Below, piece by piece: positions 9,729-18,765 of a stretch of DNA of 63,645 nucleotides. Numbering within the stretch: the stretch's first letter is position 1; every line of letters begins with the position of its first letter. The notes beneath the pieces were generated by a model that saw only the letters and a list, made by a program, of their open reading frames with translations, did no database searches and was not told the origin of the DNA. The DNA comes from Phycisphaerae bacterium (lineage in GTDB: Bacteria > Planctomycetota > Phycisphaerae > FEN-1346), in NCBI GenBank assembly GCA_046483505.1, contig JAWODB010000309.1, positions 1 to 63,645 of the forward strand, written 5' to 3'. Position numbers and translations under genes: made by a program.

Positions 9729-11099
9729 ATGGCAACGGGGCTCATGCATCAGCGCGGTGCCCGCCGCGGCTCCGCCCTGTTCGTTGCGATGATTTTCGCG
9801 GCCATCTTCACCTGCATGGCGGTCGCCCTGGCGGTCGTTTCCGAGTCGAACCTGGCCATCTGCCGGAACCGGCTCGACGTCCAGCAGGCCTCGAACCTGG
9901 TGGAGACCGGGCTGCTCCTCGTCCAGCGCGAGATGGGTGGGCTGGAGGTCTCCGGGAGCGACGCCACCGCCCTCCACGCCGACCTGGCGGACCATTTCCG
10001 CACCGCCTGGGCCGACGCCGCCATGCTCGACGCCTCGCAGATCACCTCCGACGCCGGCGGCGTCGTCTTCCCGCCGATCTCGGTCCTCGGGCCGGACGGC
10101 CGCACGGGCACGATCGACCTCACCATCGTGGCCGACGGAGGCGTCGAGGACGCCTCGTGCGTCACCGTGACCGCGACCGGCCAGTACGGTGGGGCGGTCC
10201 GCAAGGCCTACTACGACTTCCACGTCGGAAGCGGGTACCAGTTGCTCCGCGATTTCGGCGTGGCGAGCCGGTCCCCCATCACGCTGGGCGGCGACGCCGT
10301 CATCGACGGCGCCAACAACGACAAGGAAGGCAGCCTGTTTTCGTGCAGCGAGGCGCAGAGCCGCGCCATCGAGTTGACGGACCTGTCGCAGATTACCGGC
10401 AACGCCGCCGTCAGCGCCGACGGCTGCGAGGTCTACAAGGGCCCGAGCGCCACGATCGGCGGCGAGATCCAGAACGACGCCCCCGAGCATCCCTGGCCCG
10501 AGATCGACACCGCCCAATTCGAGCAGTACGTCGAGACCGTCTACGACGGCGACGGCGACGAGCAGGACGCCACCTACGTCAACGTCCGCATCCCGCCGGG
10601 CACCAACCCGACGTTCAACGGCAACACGCAACTCTACGGCGTGGTGTACATCGAGTCGCCGAACACCGTCACGTTCAACGACACCGCGAGCGTCTGCGGC
10701 ATCGTGGTCTGCGAGGAGCCGGCCGTCGAGAATTTCGCCGACAACCAGATCCACTTCAACGGGACCCTGACGGCGTCGGGCGTGGAGTACCTGCCAGGCG
10801 ACAGCCGCTTCGACGGGCTTCGCGACAAGCAGGGCGCGTTCCTGCTGGCCCCCGGCTACGCCGCCACCTTTGCGGGCAACTTCAGCACCGTCAACGGCTT
10901 CGTGGCCGCCGGGCGGCTCGATTTCACGACGACGGCCAGCGGGACGGTCCGCGGCAACGTGCTGAACCTCTCCGATTCCGCCCTCACGCTTCAGGGAGAC
11001 GCCCACGTGACGATCGACAAGAGCAATGCGACGGAGCAGCCCGCCGGCATCGTGCCGCGGTATGCCCTGCTCTGCATTTCAGGCTCGTACAGGGAGTAG
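9729..11099 (+). CDS. PilX/GspK-like pilin with large C-terminal beta-rich domain, copy 1
   Basis: AAAGGAGG RBS; RRG|SALFVAM cleavage site lacking Glu5 (PilX hallmark); Gly/Asn/Thr-rich C-terminal half. Confidence 0.75.
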   Translation: MATGLMHQRGARRGSALFVAMIFAAIFTCMAVALAVVSESNLAICRNRLDVQQASNLVETGLLLVQREMGGLEVSGSDATALHADLADHFRTAWADAAMLDASQITSDAGGVVFPPISVLGPDGRTGTIDLTIVADGGVEDASCVTVTATGQYGGAVRKAYYDFHVGSGYQLLRDFGVASRSPITLGGDAVIDGANNDKEGSLFSCSEAQSRAIELTDLSQITGNAAVSADGCEVYKGPSATIGGEIQNDAPEHPWPEIDTAQFEQYVETVYDGDGDEQDATYVNVRIPPGTNPTFNGNTQLYGVVYIESPNTVTFNDTASVCGIVVCEEPAVENFADNQIHFNGTLTASGVEYLPGDSRFDGLRDKQGAFLLAPGYAATFAGNFSTVNGFVAAGRLDFTTTASGTVRGNVLNLSDSALTLQGDAHVTIDKSNATEQPAGIVPRYALLCISGSYRE

Positions 11100-11155
11100 C
11101 CGCCGGCCTCATGCAGCGCGGCGGCCAGTGATCGCCGAGTAACGGAGAATATCAT

Positions 11156-12538
11156 ATGCCTATACGGGGGAACATGCACAGAACCGTCGGCAGGGGGTCG
11201 GCCCTCCTGATCACCTTGATCTTCGTGGCGCTGTTCGCCTGCATGGCCGTGGCGCTGGCGGTGGCCGCCGAGTCGAACCTGGCCATCTCGCGCAACCGGC
11301 TCGACATCCAGCAGGCCCGGAACCTGACCGAGACCGGCCTCCTGCTCGTCCAGCGCGAGATGGGCGGCCTCGAGGTCACGGGCGCCGACGCGACGGCCGT
11401 CCACGCCTGCCTGGCCGACCACTTCAGCACCGCCTGGTCGGACGCGGCCATGCTCGACGCCGCTGACATCGCCGCCGATACCGCCGGTGTCACCTTCCCG
11501 CCCCTCACCGTCCCGGGGCGGGACGGCCGCACGGGCACCATCACGTTGACCATGCAAGCCGACGCCGGCGTGCAGGACAGCGCCACCATCACCGTGACCT
11601 CGACCGGCCGCTTCAACGACGCCACCCGGACGGCCTACTACGACTTCTACGTCCGCAGCGGCTACCGCATTTTCAGCGATTACGGCGTGGCCAGCAAGTC
11701 GCCCATCGAAGTCGGGGGTGGGGCCGTCGTTGACGGCGCCAACAACGACGGCGAAGGCAGCCTCTACTCCTCGTCCGACTCCGGCACGTACGGCATCGAG
11801 GTCACGGGCACCTCCCAGATCACCGGCGACGCCGCCGTCAGCGGCGACGGCGTGCTGATCGACAAAGGCAACAACGCCACGATCGGCGGCGACCAGGTGA
11901 CCGACGCGCCGGACCAGGACTGGCCCACCCCGGATCCCACCCACTTTGCCCAATACGTCGAGTCCACCTACATGGGGCTCAGCACGAGCGGCGGCGACGG
12001 CGACGAGCCCGAAAGCCTCAGCAATATCCGGATTCCCGCCGGCACCAACCCCAACTTCAGCGACGTGAACCTCTACGGCGTCGTCTACGTCGAGTCGCCC
12101 AATACGGTCACATTCAACGGGAACACGAACCTCTGCGGCATGGTCGTGTGCGAGGAACCTACCGTCGAGAACTACAACAGCAATAAACTCACGTTCAACG
12201 GGAACCTGACGGCGTCCGGCGTCGAGTACCTGCCGGACGACCCCCGCTACGACGGCATCCGAAGCGAGAAGGGCACGTTTCTGCTGGCGCCGGGCTTCTT
12301 CGCCAAGTTCAACGGCAACTTCACGACGATCCAGGGGTACCTGGCGGCCGGCAAGATGAAGTTCTCGGGCAACGCCGCCGGTACCGTCGAGGGCGGTATC
12401 CTCAACCTCTCCGATACCAGTCTCGAAATCGGCGGCGGCGCCCATCTGACCATCGACAAGGTGAACGCAGAGCAGCACCCGGCCGGCTTTGCCCGCCGGT
12501 ACTCGCTCATCTGCGCCTCCGGCTCATACAGGGAGTAA
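11156..12538 (+). CDS. PilX/GspK-like pilin, copy 2 (tandem paralogue)
   Basis: RG|SALLITL; colinear with 9729..11099, sharing ESNLAI.RNRLD.QQA, ESPNTVTFN, LTASGVEYLP, SGSYRE*. Confidence 0.75.
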   Translation: MPIRGNMHRTVGRGSALLITLIFVALFACMAVALAVAAESNLAISRNRLDIQQARNLTETGLLLVQREMGGLEVTGADATAVHACLADHFSTAWSDAAMLDAADIAADTAGVTFPPLTVPGRDGRTGTITLTMQADAGVQDSATITVTSTGRFNDATRTAYYDFYVRSGYRIFSDYGVASKSPIEVGGGAVVDGANNDGEGSLYSSSDSGTYGIEVTGTSQITGDAAVSGDGVLIDKGNNATIGGDQVTDAPDQDWPTPDPTHFAQYVESTYMGLSTSGGDGDEPESLSNIRIPAGTNPNFSDVNLYGVVYVESPNTVTFNGNTNLCGMVVCEEPTVENYNSNKLTFNGNLTASGVEYLPDDPRYDGIRSEKGTFLLAPGFFAKFNGNFTTIQGYLAAGKMKFSGNAAGTVEGGILNLSDTSLEIGGGAHLTIDKVNAEQHPAGFARRYSLICASGSYRE

Positions 12539-12542
12539 TGCC

Positions 12543-13517
12543 ATGACTACCGCGGCCCCTATCCGGCGCGGATTCACCGTCGCCGAGTTGCTCGTCGCAT
12601 TGGCGTTGACGGCTCTTCTCATGACGGCCATCGCCTTCGCCATGCACGGCGCCGAGCAGAGCAACCGTTACAATCGCACGAAGGCCGAACTCGTGGCCCG
12701 GTCCCGAGGCGTCCTGGACCGCATCGCCCGCGACGTCCGCTGTGCCGAAGCCACCATCGTGGCCAACGACGGCACCGCCCTGAACGTCATGGTCGTCCGC
12801 CAGGCGCAGGACGGGTCGATGACGAGCGTCTGGCGCCAGTACCGGTTCACCGGCGACGAGGTCCTCGTGTACGAGGACGCCTCGGCCATCCCCCTGCCGC
12901 CCACGGACCCCGAGGGCGTTTCCTCCGAGTCCCTGACCGGCGACGTCGACTACTTCCACGTCGAGACCCTGGTCAGCAGCACCCGGAGCATCACCGAGAC
13001 GCTCGCCTGCCTCGTCATCACGACCGGCTCGGCGCCGGAGGGGCAGGCCACCATCCCCCTGAAGGAGGGGCCCTACGTCCTCAAACTCTCCCAGACCCAG
13101 TTCGACGAACTCCAGGACATGGGCCAACTGCAGGAGGGCGTCGACGTGGACCCCCGCCCCTCCTACGAGCCCGACGACGACCCCGATACCTACTGGCTCT
13201 GCCTGGAGGACTGCCAGGCCCCGGAAACCTACTACGAGCCCTGGGCCGACTGGGACTTCGAGGACGTCCTCGTCAAGGTCACCGAGACCGCCAACAGCGT
13301 CGACATGGAGGTCTTCGCCGGCCACGGCGGGTACGAGTGGAACATCCTGGGACCCGACGGCGACATGCTGTGGGAAGACCTCAGCGGCAACCAGTCCTAC
13401 AGTTACACGCCCTACTGCTCCGACGCCGACACCGTCAGCGTCGAACTCGACCTCCAGCGCGACAACGTCCAGACGGGCGGCGAGATGACCGCCACCCAGC
13501 GAAAGGCCATCTTCTAG
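12543..13517 (+). CDS. Prepilin-type minor pilin (PilW-like) with an acidic inserted domain
   Basis: RRG|FTVAELL class III signal; LDRIARDVRCA helix typical of PilW/GspJ; long Asp/Glu-rich C-terminal part. Confidence 0.8.
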   Translation: MTTAAPIRRGFTVAELLVALALTALLMTAIAFAMHGAEQSNRYNRTKAELVARSRGVLDRIARDVRCAEATIVANDGTALNVMVVRQAQDGSMTSVWRQYRFTGDEVLVYEDASAIPLPPTDPEGVSSESLTGDVDYFHVETLVSSTRSITETLACLVITTGSAPEGQATIPLKEGPYVLKLSQTQFDELQDMGQLQEGVDVDPRPSYEPDDDPDTYWLCLEDCQAPETYYEPWADWDFEDVLVKVTETANSVDMEVFAGHGGYEWNILGPDGDMLWEDLSGNQSYSYTPYCSDADTVSVELDLQRDNVQTGGEMTATQRKAIF

Positions 13518-13521
13518 AAGA

Positions 13522-13632
13522 AATGACCAATGCCCAAACCCCAATGACCAAGAACGCTTCGCGTCGAGGATAACCGAACGGCGCACAGGCCGCAGGCCTC
13601 TTTGGTCATTGGGACTTGGTTATTGGGCATTG
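13522..13632. repeat. Heptamer-based inverted repeat element (family C); possible bidirectional terminator
   Basis: AATGACCAATGCCCAAACCCCAATGACCAA ... TTGGTCATTGGGACTTGGTTATTGGGCATT between convergent genes; left arm nearly identical to the reverse complement of 23296-23342. Confidence 0.8.
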
Positions 13633-13635
13633 TCT

Positions 13636-14652
13636 TCAGAATTGCCTGAGGAACCGCACGTCGTTTGCGAACAGCAGGCGGATGTCGTTGATGCCGTACC
13701 GCAGCATGGCCGACCGGTCGATGCCCAGGCCGAAGGCGAAGCCCGTCACCTGCTCCGGGTCGTAGCCGACCGCCTCGAAGACGTTCGGGTCCACCATGCC
13801 GCACCCGCCGATCTCCATCCACCCGGTCCGTTTGCAGGCGGGGCATCCCGCGCCGCCGCACAGGAGGCACGAGAGGTACAGTTCGGCGCTCGGCTCGGTG
13901 AACGGGAAGTAACTGGGCAGAAACCGCGTGCGGGCGTCCGCCCCGCCCCACGCCCGCGCAAACGCCGACAGCACCGCCTTCAGGTCCGCGAAGGTCACCC
14001 CCTCGTCCACCCACAGCCCTTCCAGTTGGTGGAACATGTTGGAGTGGCCGGCGTCGAGGGTGTCCGGCCGGTACACCCGCCCGGGGGCCACGAGCCGCAC
14101 CGGCGGGGGGCGGTTCTCCATGATGCGGATCTGCACCGTCGAGGTCTGTGTCCGCAGCAGCGCGTGGTCGGCCAGGAAGTAGTTGTCGAGCGGGTCGCGC
14201 GCCGGGTGGGCCGGCGGGATGTTCAGCCCCACGAAGTTGTGCCACTCGTCCTCGACCTCCGGCCCCTCGACGCGCTCGAAGCCGAGGCGGGCGAAGATCT
14301 CGACCATCTCCTGCGTGGCCCGCGTAATCGGATGCAGCCGGCCGAGACGCAGCGGCCGGCCGGGCAGCGTCACGTCGACGGCCGGCGGCGCGCCCGCGGC
14401 GGCCTCCACCTCCGCCCGGCGCTGCTCCAGGCGCTCGGCGACCGCGGCCTTGAGGGCGTTGACGGCCTGGCCGAAAGCGGCCCGATCCTCTTGCGGGACC
14501 GTCGGGATGGCCTTCATCAGGGCGGGGATGCGGCCGGCCTTGCGGCCGAGCCAGGCGATGCGGACGGCCTCCAGGGCCTCCGGGTCGTCGGCGGCCTCGA
14601 TGGCCCGCAGGGCCTCCTCGCGCAGCGCCTCGACCTCGGCCGCGGTGGCCAT
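13636..14652 (-). CDS. pheS: Phenylalanine--tRNA ligase alpha subunit
   Basis: HPARD, LLRTQTS, GRVYR, FHQLEGL, YFPFTEPS, GFAFGLGIDR. Confidence 0.97.
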   Translation of the reverse strand: MATAAEVEALREEALRAIEAADDPEALEAVRIAWLGRKAGRIPALMKAIPTVPQEDRAAFGQAVNALKAAVAERLEQRRAEVEAAAGAPPAVDVTLPGRPLRLGRLHPITRATQEMVEIFARLGFERVEGPEVEDEWHNFVGLNIPPAHPARDPLDNYFLADHALLRTQTSTVQIRIMENRPPPVRLVAPGRVYRPDTLDAGHSNMFHQLEGLWVDEGVTFADLKAVLSAFARAWGGADARTRFLPSYFPFTEPSAELYLSCLLCGGAGCPACKRTGWMEIGGCGMVDPNVFEAVGYDPEQVTGFAFGLGIDRSAMLRYGINDIRLLFANDVRFLRQF

Positions 14653-14653
14653 G

Positions 14654-15016
14654 TCAGTCTCCGTTGGCGGCGGCGGAGGCCTGTTCGACGACGGCATCGA
14701 AGGCCTTCGGATCGTTCAGGGCCAGGTCGGCCAGCATCTTGCGGTTCAGTTCGACGCCGACCTTCTTCAGGCCGCCCACGAACTGGCTGTACGACGTGCC
14801 GCGCTGCCGGCAGGCCGCGCTGATGCGCGTGATCCAGAGCCTCCGGAAGTCGCGTTTGCGGTTCCGGCGGTCCCGGTAGGCGTACTGGTCGGCCTTCATG
14901 CGGGTCTGCTTCGCGACCCGGTACAGTTTGCCGCGCGCCCCCACGTACCCCTTGGTCCGTTTGAGCAGCCGCTTCTTCTTCTCGTGCCGCTTGGTGCCTT
15001 TTCGCGTTCGAGGCAT
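14654..15016 (-). CDS. rplT: 50S ribosomal protein L20
   Basis: YAYRDRRNRKRDFRRLWITRISAA, LNRKMLADLA. Confidence 0.98.
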   Translation of the reverse strand: MPRTRKGTKRHEKKKRLLKRTKGYVGARGKLYRVAKQTRMKADQYAYRDRRNRKRDFRRLWITRISAACRQRGTSYSQFVGGLKKVGVELNRKMLADLALNDPKAFDAVVEQASAAANGD

Positions 15017-15052
15017 GGTCCTGCTCCTGTTCTGTGCCTTCGGCCGGTCGGT

Positions 15053-15265
15053 TTACTTGCCGGGCTTGAGCACGTGCTGGTACCGCTTGGCCAGGTTCCC
15101 CTTGACGGTGTCCTTGCCGCGCAGCCGGCGTCTGCGTTTGCCGGACTTGGTGCTCATCAGGTGGCCGCGGTTGGCCTTGTTCCGGAGGATTTTGCCGGTG
15201 CGCGTCTTGCGGACGCGTTTGGCCAATCCCTTGTGCGTCTTTCCGGTCTTGTTTGCCTTGGGCAT
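15053..15265 (-). CDS. rpmI: 50S ribosomal protein L35
   Basis: KTHKGLAKR, TGK, HLMSTKSGKRRRRLR; lies between infC and rplT. Confidence 0.93.
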   Translation of the reverse strand: MPKANKTGKTHKGLAKRVRKTRTGKILRNKANRGHLMSTKSGKRRRRLRGKDTVKGNLAKRYQHVLKPGK

Positions 15266-15370
15266 GTCGGCCCTTTCGGATTCGCAGGGGTCCAAATGGA
15301 AACGCTTCCCCCCTTGCCGTCGGCGACGGCTCGATTCGCGTCGGTCAGGGTGACGAGGGTGCGGCGAGGG

Positions 15371-15895
15371 TCAGGTCGGCTTCTTCTTGGTCGGGGCCAG
15401 GATGAGGATCATGCGCCGTCCCTCGCGCGAGGGGCCGCGCTCCACCGTGGCCACGTCGCCCAGGGACTCGACGAACGCCTGCATGTTCTGGGCGGCGAAG
15501 TCCAGGTGGGTCATCTCCCGGCCGCGGAACAGCATGTTGACCATGACCTTGTCGCCGTCTTCGAGGAACTCCCGTGCCCGCCGGATCTTGAACTCCAGGT
15601 CGTGCTTCTCGGTCTTGGGCCGGACCCGGATTTCCTTCTGCTTGACCTCGTGGCTCTTGGCCCGGCTCTTGTGGCTCTTCTTGGCCTGGTCGTACTTGTA
15701 CTTGCCGTAGTCCATGATCCGGCACACCGGCGGCCGAACGTGCGGCGCCACTTCCACGAGGTCGAGGCCGGCCTCCTGGGCAATCTGGAGCGCCTCGTCA
15801 CGTTCCAGGATGCCCATCTGTTCGCCGTCGGTCCCGATCACCCGCAGCGGCGAGATCTTGATCTGATCGTTGACCCGCTGCCTCTGATCCTTCAA
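15371..15895 (-). CDS. infC: Translation initiation factor IF-3
   Basis: TTG start after AAGGAGGAG; LDLVEVAP, PPVCRIMDYGKYKY, FRGREM. Confidence 0.97.
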   Translation of the reverse strand: MKDQRQRVNDQIKISPLRVIGTDGEQMGILERDEALQIAQEAGLDLVEVAPHVRPPVCRIMDYGKYKYDQAKKSHKSRAKSHEVKQKEIRVRPKTEKHDLEFKIRRAREFLEDGDKVMVNMLFRGREMTHLDFAAQNMQAFVESLGDVATVERGPSREGRRMILILAPTKKKPT

Positions 15896-15928
15896 GCGCT
15901 CCTCCTTATTACGGGTAGCCTGATATTG

Positions 15929-15954
15929 CGCGGCGGGTCTCCGTACCCGCCGCG
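15929..15954. repeat. REP-like hairpin (family B)
   Basis: CGCGGCGGGTCTCCGTACCCGCCGCG; many copies in the window. Confidence 0.85.
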
Positions 15955-15971
15955 GTCCGGTTTGATTCTGC

Positions 15972-16118
15972 TGTCATTCTGAGCAGGCCGTGAGGCCGAC
16001 GAAGCCTGCCCCGAGCGAGGCGAAGCCGAGGCGAACGGGAATCTCGCCCTGGTCTTTGCCTTCTCTTTTGTCGCACGGCGAGATTCTTCGGCCCCGCAAG
16101 CGGGGCCTCAGAATGACA
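15972..16118. repeat. Palindromic element family A with a nested 35-bp insert
   Basis: TGTCATTCTGAG...GACGAAG[16005-16039]AATCTC...GAGATTCTTC...CTCAGAATGACA. Confidence 0.85.
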
Positions 16119-16153
16119 TCATGAGCCACCCGCCAACGCGCCGATACAACCCG

Positions 16154-18148
16154 CTACGCCTCCTCCGGCGCCGGCCGGAGCCGCTTCTCCGCGATCTCCG
16201 TCTTGGCCCGGTCGATGAACGCTTCGAGGCCGTCGGCCCCCAGGTCGCCGCGGGCCTTGTCGCGGACGCTGACGGTGCCGGCCCCCTCCTCCTTCTCGCC
16301 GACGATCAGCATGTACGGGATCTTGCGGAGCGTGGCCCGGCGGATCTTGGCCCCGACCTTCTCGCTGCCGTCGTCCAGTTCGGCCCGCAGGCCCGCTTCC
16401 TTCAAGGCATCGAGCACCGTCTCGCCGTAGGCGTTGAACTTATCGCTCACGGGCAGGACGGCGGCCTGGACGGGCGCCAGCCACAGGGGGAAGTCGCCCC
16501 CGTAATGCTCGATCAGGATACCCAGGAACCGCTCGATGCTCCCCAGGATGGCCCGGTGAATCATCGCCGGCCGGTGCTCGGTGTTGTCCCGGCCCACGTA
16601 GGTCAGGTCGAACCGTTCGGGCATGGCCAGGTCGACCTGGATCGTCCCGCACTGCCACGACCGGCCGAGGCAGTCGCGGATGTGGTAATCGATCTTCGGG
16701 GCGTAGAACGCCCCCTCCCCCTCGTTGACCGTGTAGTCCATGCCGCACGTCTCCAGCGCCCCGCGGAGGGCCCCGGTGGCGTGCTCCCACATCTCGTCCG
16801 TGCCGATGGAATGTTCCGGGCGGGTCGAGAGTTCCACCCGCACCTGGTCGAAGCCGAACGTCCGGTAGATCTCGTCCACCAGCCGGATGACGCCCACGAC
16901 CTCGTCTTCCAACTGCTCCGGCAGGCAGTAGATGTGGGCGTCGTCCTGCGTGAACTGGCGCACCCGCAGCAGCCCGTGCAGCACGCCGCTCTTCTCGTGC
17001 CGGTGCACCAGGCCCAGTTCCGCCACTCGCATCGGGAATTCGCGATACGAATGCTTCGTGTTCCGGTAGACGAGCAGCCCGCCGGGGCAGTTCATCGGCT
17101 TGACGGCGAACGCCTCGTCGTCGATTTCCGTGAAGTACATCGCCTCGCGGTAATTATCCCAGTGCCCGCTCCGGTGCCACAAGGCCTCGCTCAAAATGGT
17201 GGGCGTGCGGATTTCCTGGTACCCGGCCTCGGCGTGCAGCCGGCGCCAGTATGCCAGGATCTCGTTCAGCACGCGCATGCCGGCGTGATGCATGAACGCA
17301 AAGCCCGGCCCCTCCTCGTGAAAACTGAACAGGTCCAGGTCCTTGCCGATACGGCGATGGTCGCGTTTGGCGGCCTCCTGGCGGCGGGCGAGGTAGTTCT
17401 TCAGGTCCTTCTCCGAGAAGAACGCCGTCCCGTAAATCCGCTGGAGCATCGGGCGGGTCTCGTCGCCCCGCCAGTAACTGCCCGCCACGCTCAGCAGTTT
17501 GAACGCGGGGATGCGGCCGGTGTCGGGAATATGCGGCCCGCGGCACAGATCCGTGAACCCCCCCGTGTGGTACAGCGTGACGGTGCCGTCCGGCGCGGGC
17601 TTGGCCTCGGCGCGGTCGACCTGCTCGCCCTCGACGGGACCGGCGGCGGCCATGTCGCGGAGGAGTTCCACCTTGTACGTCTGGCCCTCGGCCTCCATCC
17701 GGACGCGGGCGTCCCGGAGCGTCACCGCTTCCCGCTCGAACGGGGCCGCCTCGGCGATGATCTCGGCCATTTCCTCTTCGATGCGGGGCAGGTCGTCCTC
17801 GGCCAGGCCGCCGGGCACCTCGAAATCGTAATAGAACCCGTCCTCGATGGCCGGGCCGATGCCGAAGCGCACGCCGTCCCCGAAGAGGCGGCGCACCGCC
17901 GCCGCCATGACATGAGCCGTGGAGTGGCGCAGAATCGAGAGGGCTTCGTCGCTTTTGTCGGTCAGGATCTCCACCTCCGGCGTCCCGTCATCGGGCACCG
18001 GGGCCGACAGATCCACCGACTTGCCGTTCAGCCTGGCAGCGACGGCGGCTTTAGCCAGGCCTGAACCGATGCGTTTGGCAACGTCCGCGACGCATGCCCC
18101 ATCGGCCACTTCCAGCGTATCGCCATCAGGAAGTCGGACCGTAGGCAT
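16154..18148 (-). CDS. thrS: Threonine--tRNA ligase
   Basis: TGS domain, LRHSTAH, DLCRGPH, KRDHRRIG, KPMNCP, RVRQFTQDDAH, IHRAILGSIERF; start taken at MPTVRLPDG. Confidence 0.98.
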   Translation of the reverse strand: MPTVRLPDGDTLEVADGACVADVAKRIGSGLAKAAVAARLNGKSVDLSAPVPDDGTPEVEILTDKSDEALSILRHSTAHVMAAAVRRLFGDGVRFGIGPAIEDGFYYDFEVPGGLAEDDLPRIEEEMAEIIAEAAPFEREAVTLRDARVRMEAEGQTYKVELLRDMAAAGPVEGEQVDRAEAKPAPDGTVTLYHTGGFTDLCRGPHIPDTGRIPAFKLLSVAGSYWRGDETRPMLQRIYGTAFFSEKDLKNYLARRQEAAKRDHRRIGKDLDLFSFHEEGPGFAFMHHAGMRVLNEILAYWRRLHAEAGYQEIRTPTILSEALWHRSGHWDNYREAMYFTEIDDEAFAVKPMNCPGGLLVYRNTKHSYREFPMRVAELGLVHRHEKSGVLHGLLRVRQFTQDDAHIYCLPEQLEDEVVGVIRLVDEIYRTFGFDQVRVELSTRPEHSIGTDEMWEHATGALRGALETCGMDYTVNEGEGAFYAPKIDYHIRDCLGRSWQCGTIQVDLAMPERFDLTYVGRDNTEHRPAMIHRAILGSIERFLGILIEHYGGDFPLWLAPVQAAVLPVSDKFNAYGETVLDALKEAGLRAELDDGSEKVGAKIRRATLRKIPYMLIVGEKEEGAGTVSVRDKARGDLGADGLEAFIDRAKTEIAEKRLRPAPEEA

Positions 18149-18232
18149 CGTCTTGTGCGTCCGGCCGGGGGTGCCCCGCTCCGGACGGGTGTCCTCCATG
18201 CTGATCGTGGATTCACCGATGAATGCGGACAA

Positions 18233-18261
18233 AGCATACGGCCGGCGGGGCCGCCTGTCAA
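18233..18261 (-). promoter_or_regulatory. Putative sigma70 promoter of thrS
   Basis: TTGACA-17 nt-TATGCT on the minus strand. Confidence 0.7.
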
Positions 18262-18288
18262 GCGCTTTCGGGCCTCACCGGCCTCCGG

Positions 18289-18714
18289 TCAATCGCGGTG
18301 GGCGGGCGGCGAGACCTGAGTGGCGGCGTCACGGGTCAACTCGGCCACCTCGTACCCGCGTTCTCGCCACACCCGACGGTCACGGTCGAGGCGGGTCTTC
18401 AGTGCCGCGATATCCTTCTCCAGGGCGTTGAGACGCTCCTGGGTCTTGCGCACCTGGTCGCCTCGGTGCAGGCCGTGCGGCGGGGCGAGGTCGCCCGCCT
18501 CGTTGTGCGTCCAGCCCTCCTCCAGGAGTCCGGCCTTCAGGCGGCTGAGGTCGGCCTGCTTGGCGGCCAGTTCCTGCTGGGCCTCGGCGTGGTCCTTCCT
18601 GATCTCGCTCTTCGTCCGGCTGTCGCCTTTCATGGCCCGGACGTTGCACCCCGCGGCAAGGCACGCGGCGGCTGGCACCAGGACGCAAAGCGCCGTCATC
18701 CATCTCGTAGGCAT
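18289..18714 (-). CDS. Hypothetical coiled-coil lipoprotein
   Basis: GAGAGGAG RBS; lipobox LAAG|C; two heptad helices. Confidence 0.7.
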   Translation of the reverse strand: MPTRWMTALCVLVPAAACLAAGCNVRAMKGDSRTKSEIRKDHAEAQQELAAKQADLSRLKAGLLEEGWTHNEAGDLAPPHGLHRGDQVRKTQERLNALEKDIAALKTRLDRDRRVWRERGYEVAELTRDAATQVSPPAHRD

Positions 18715-18765
18715 CGCGGTGGCTCCTCTCGGCATTCGTGTCACGCGCGCGGCAACGGCCGGCGG

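Noticed and set aside
18149-18290. T-box or attenuator upstream of thrS (also considered for argS and pheS)
   Set aside because: No T-box consensus or leader peptide seen; the long argS leader is explained by nested palindromes.
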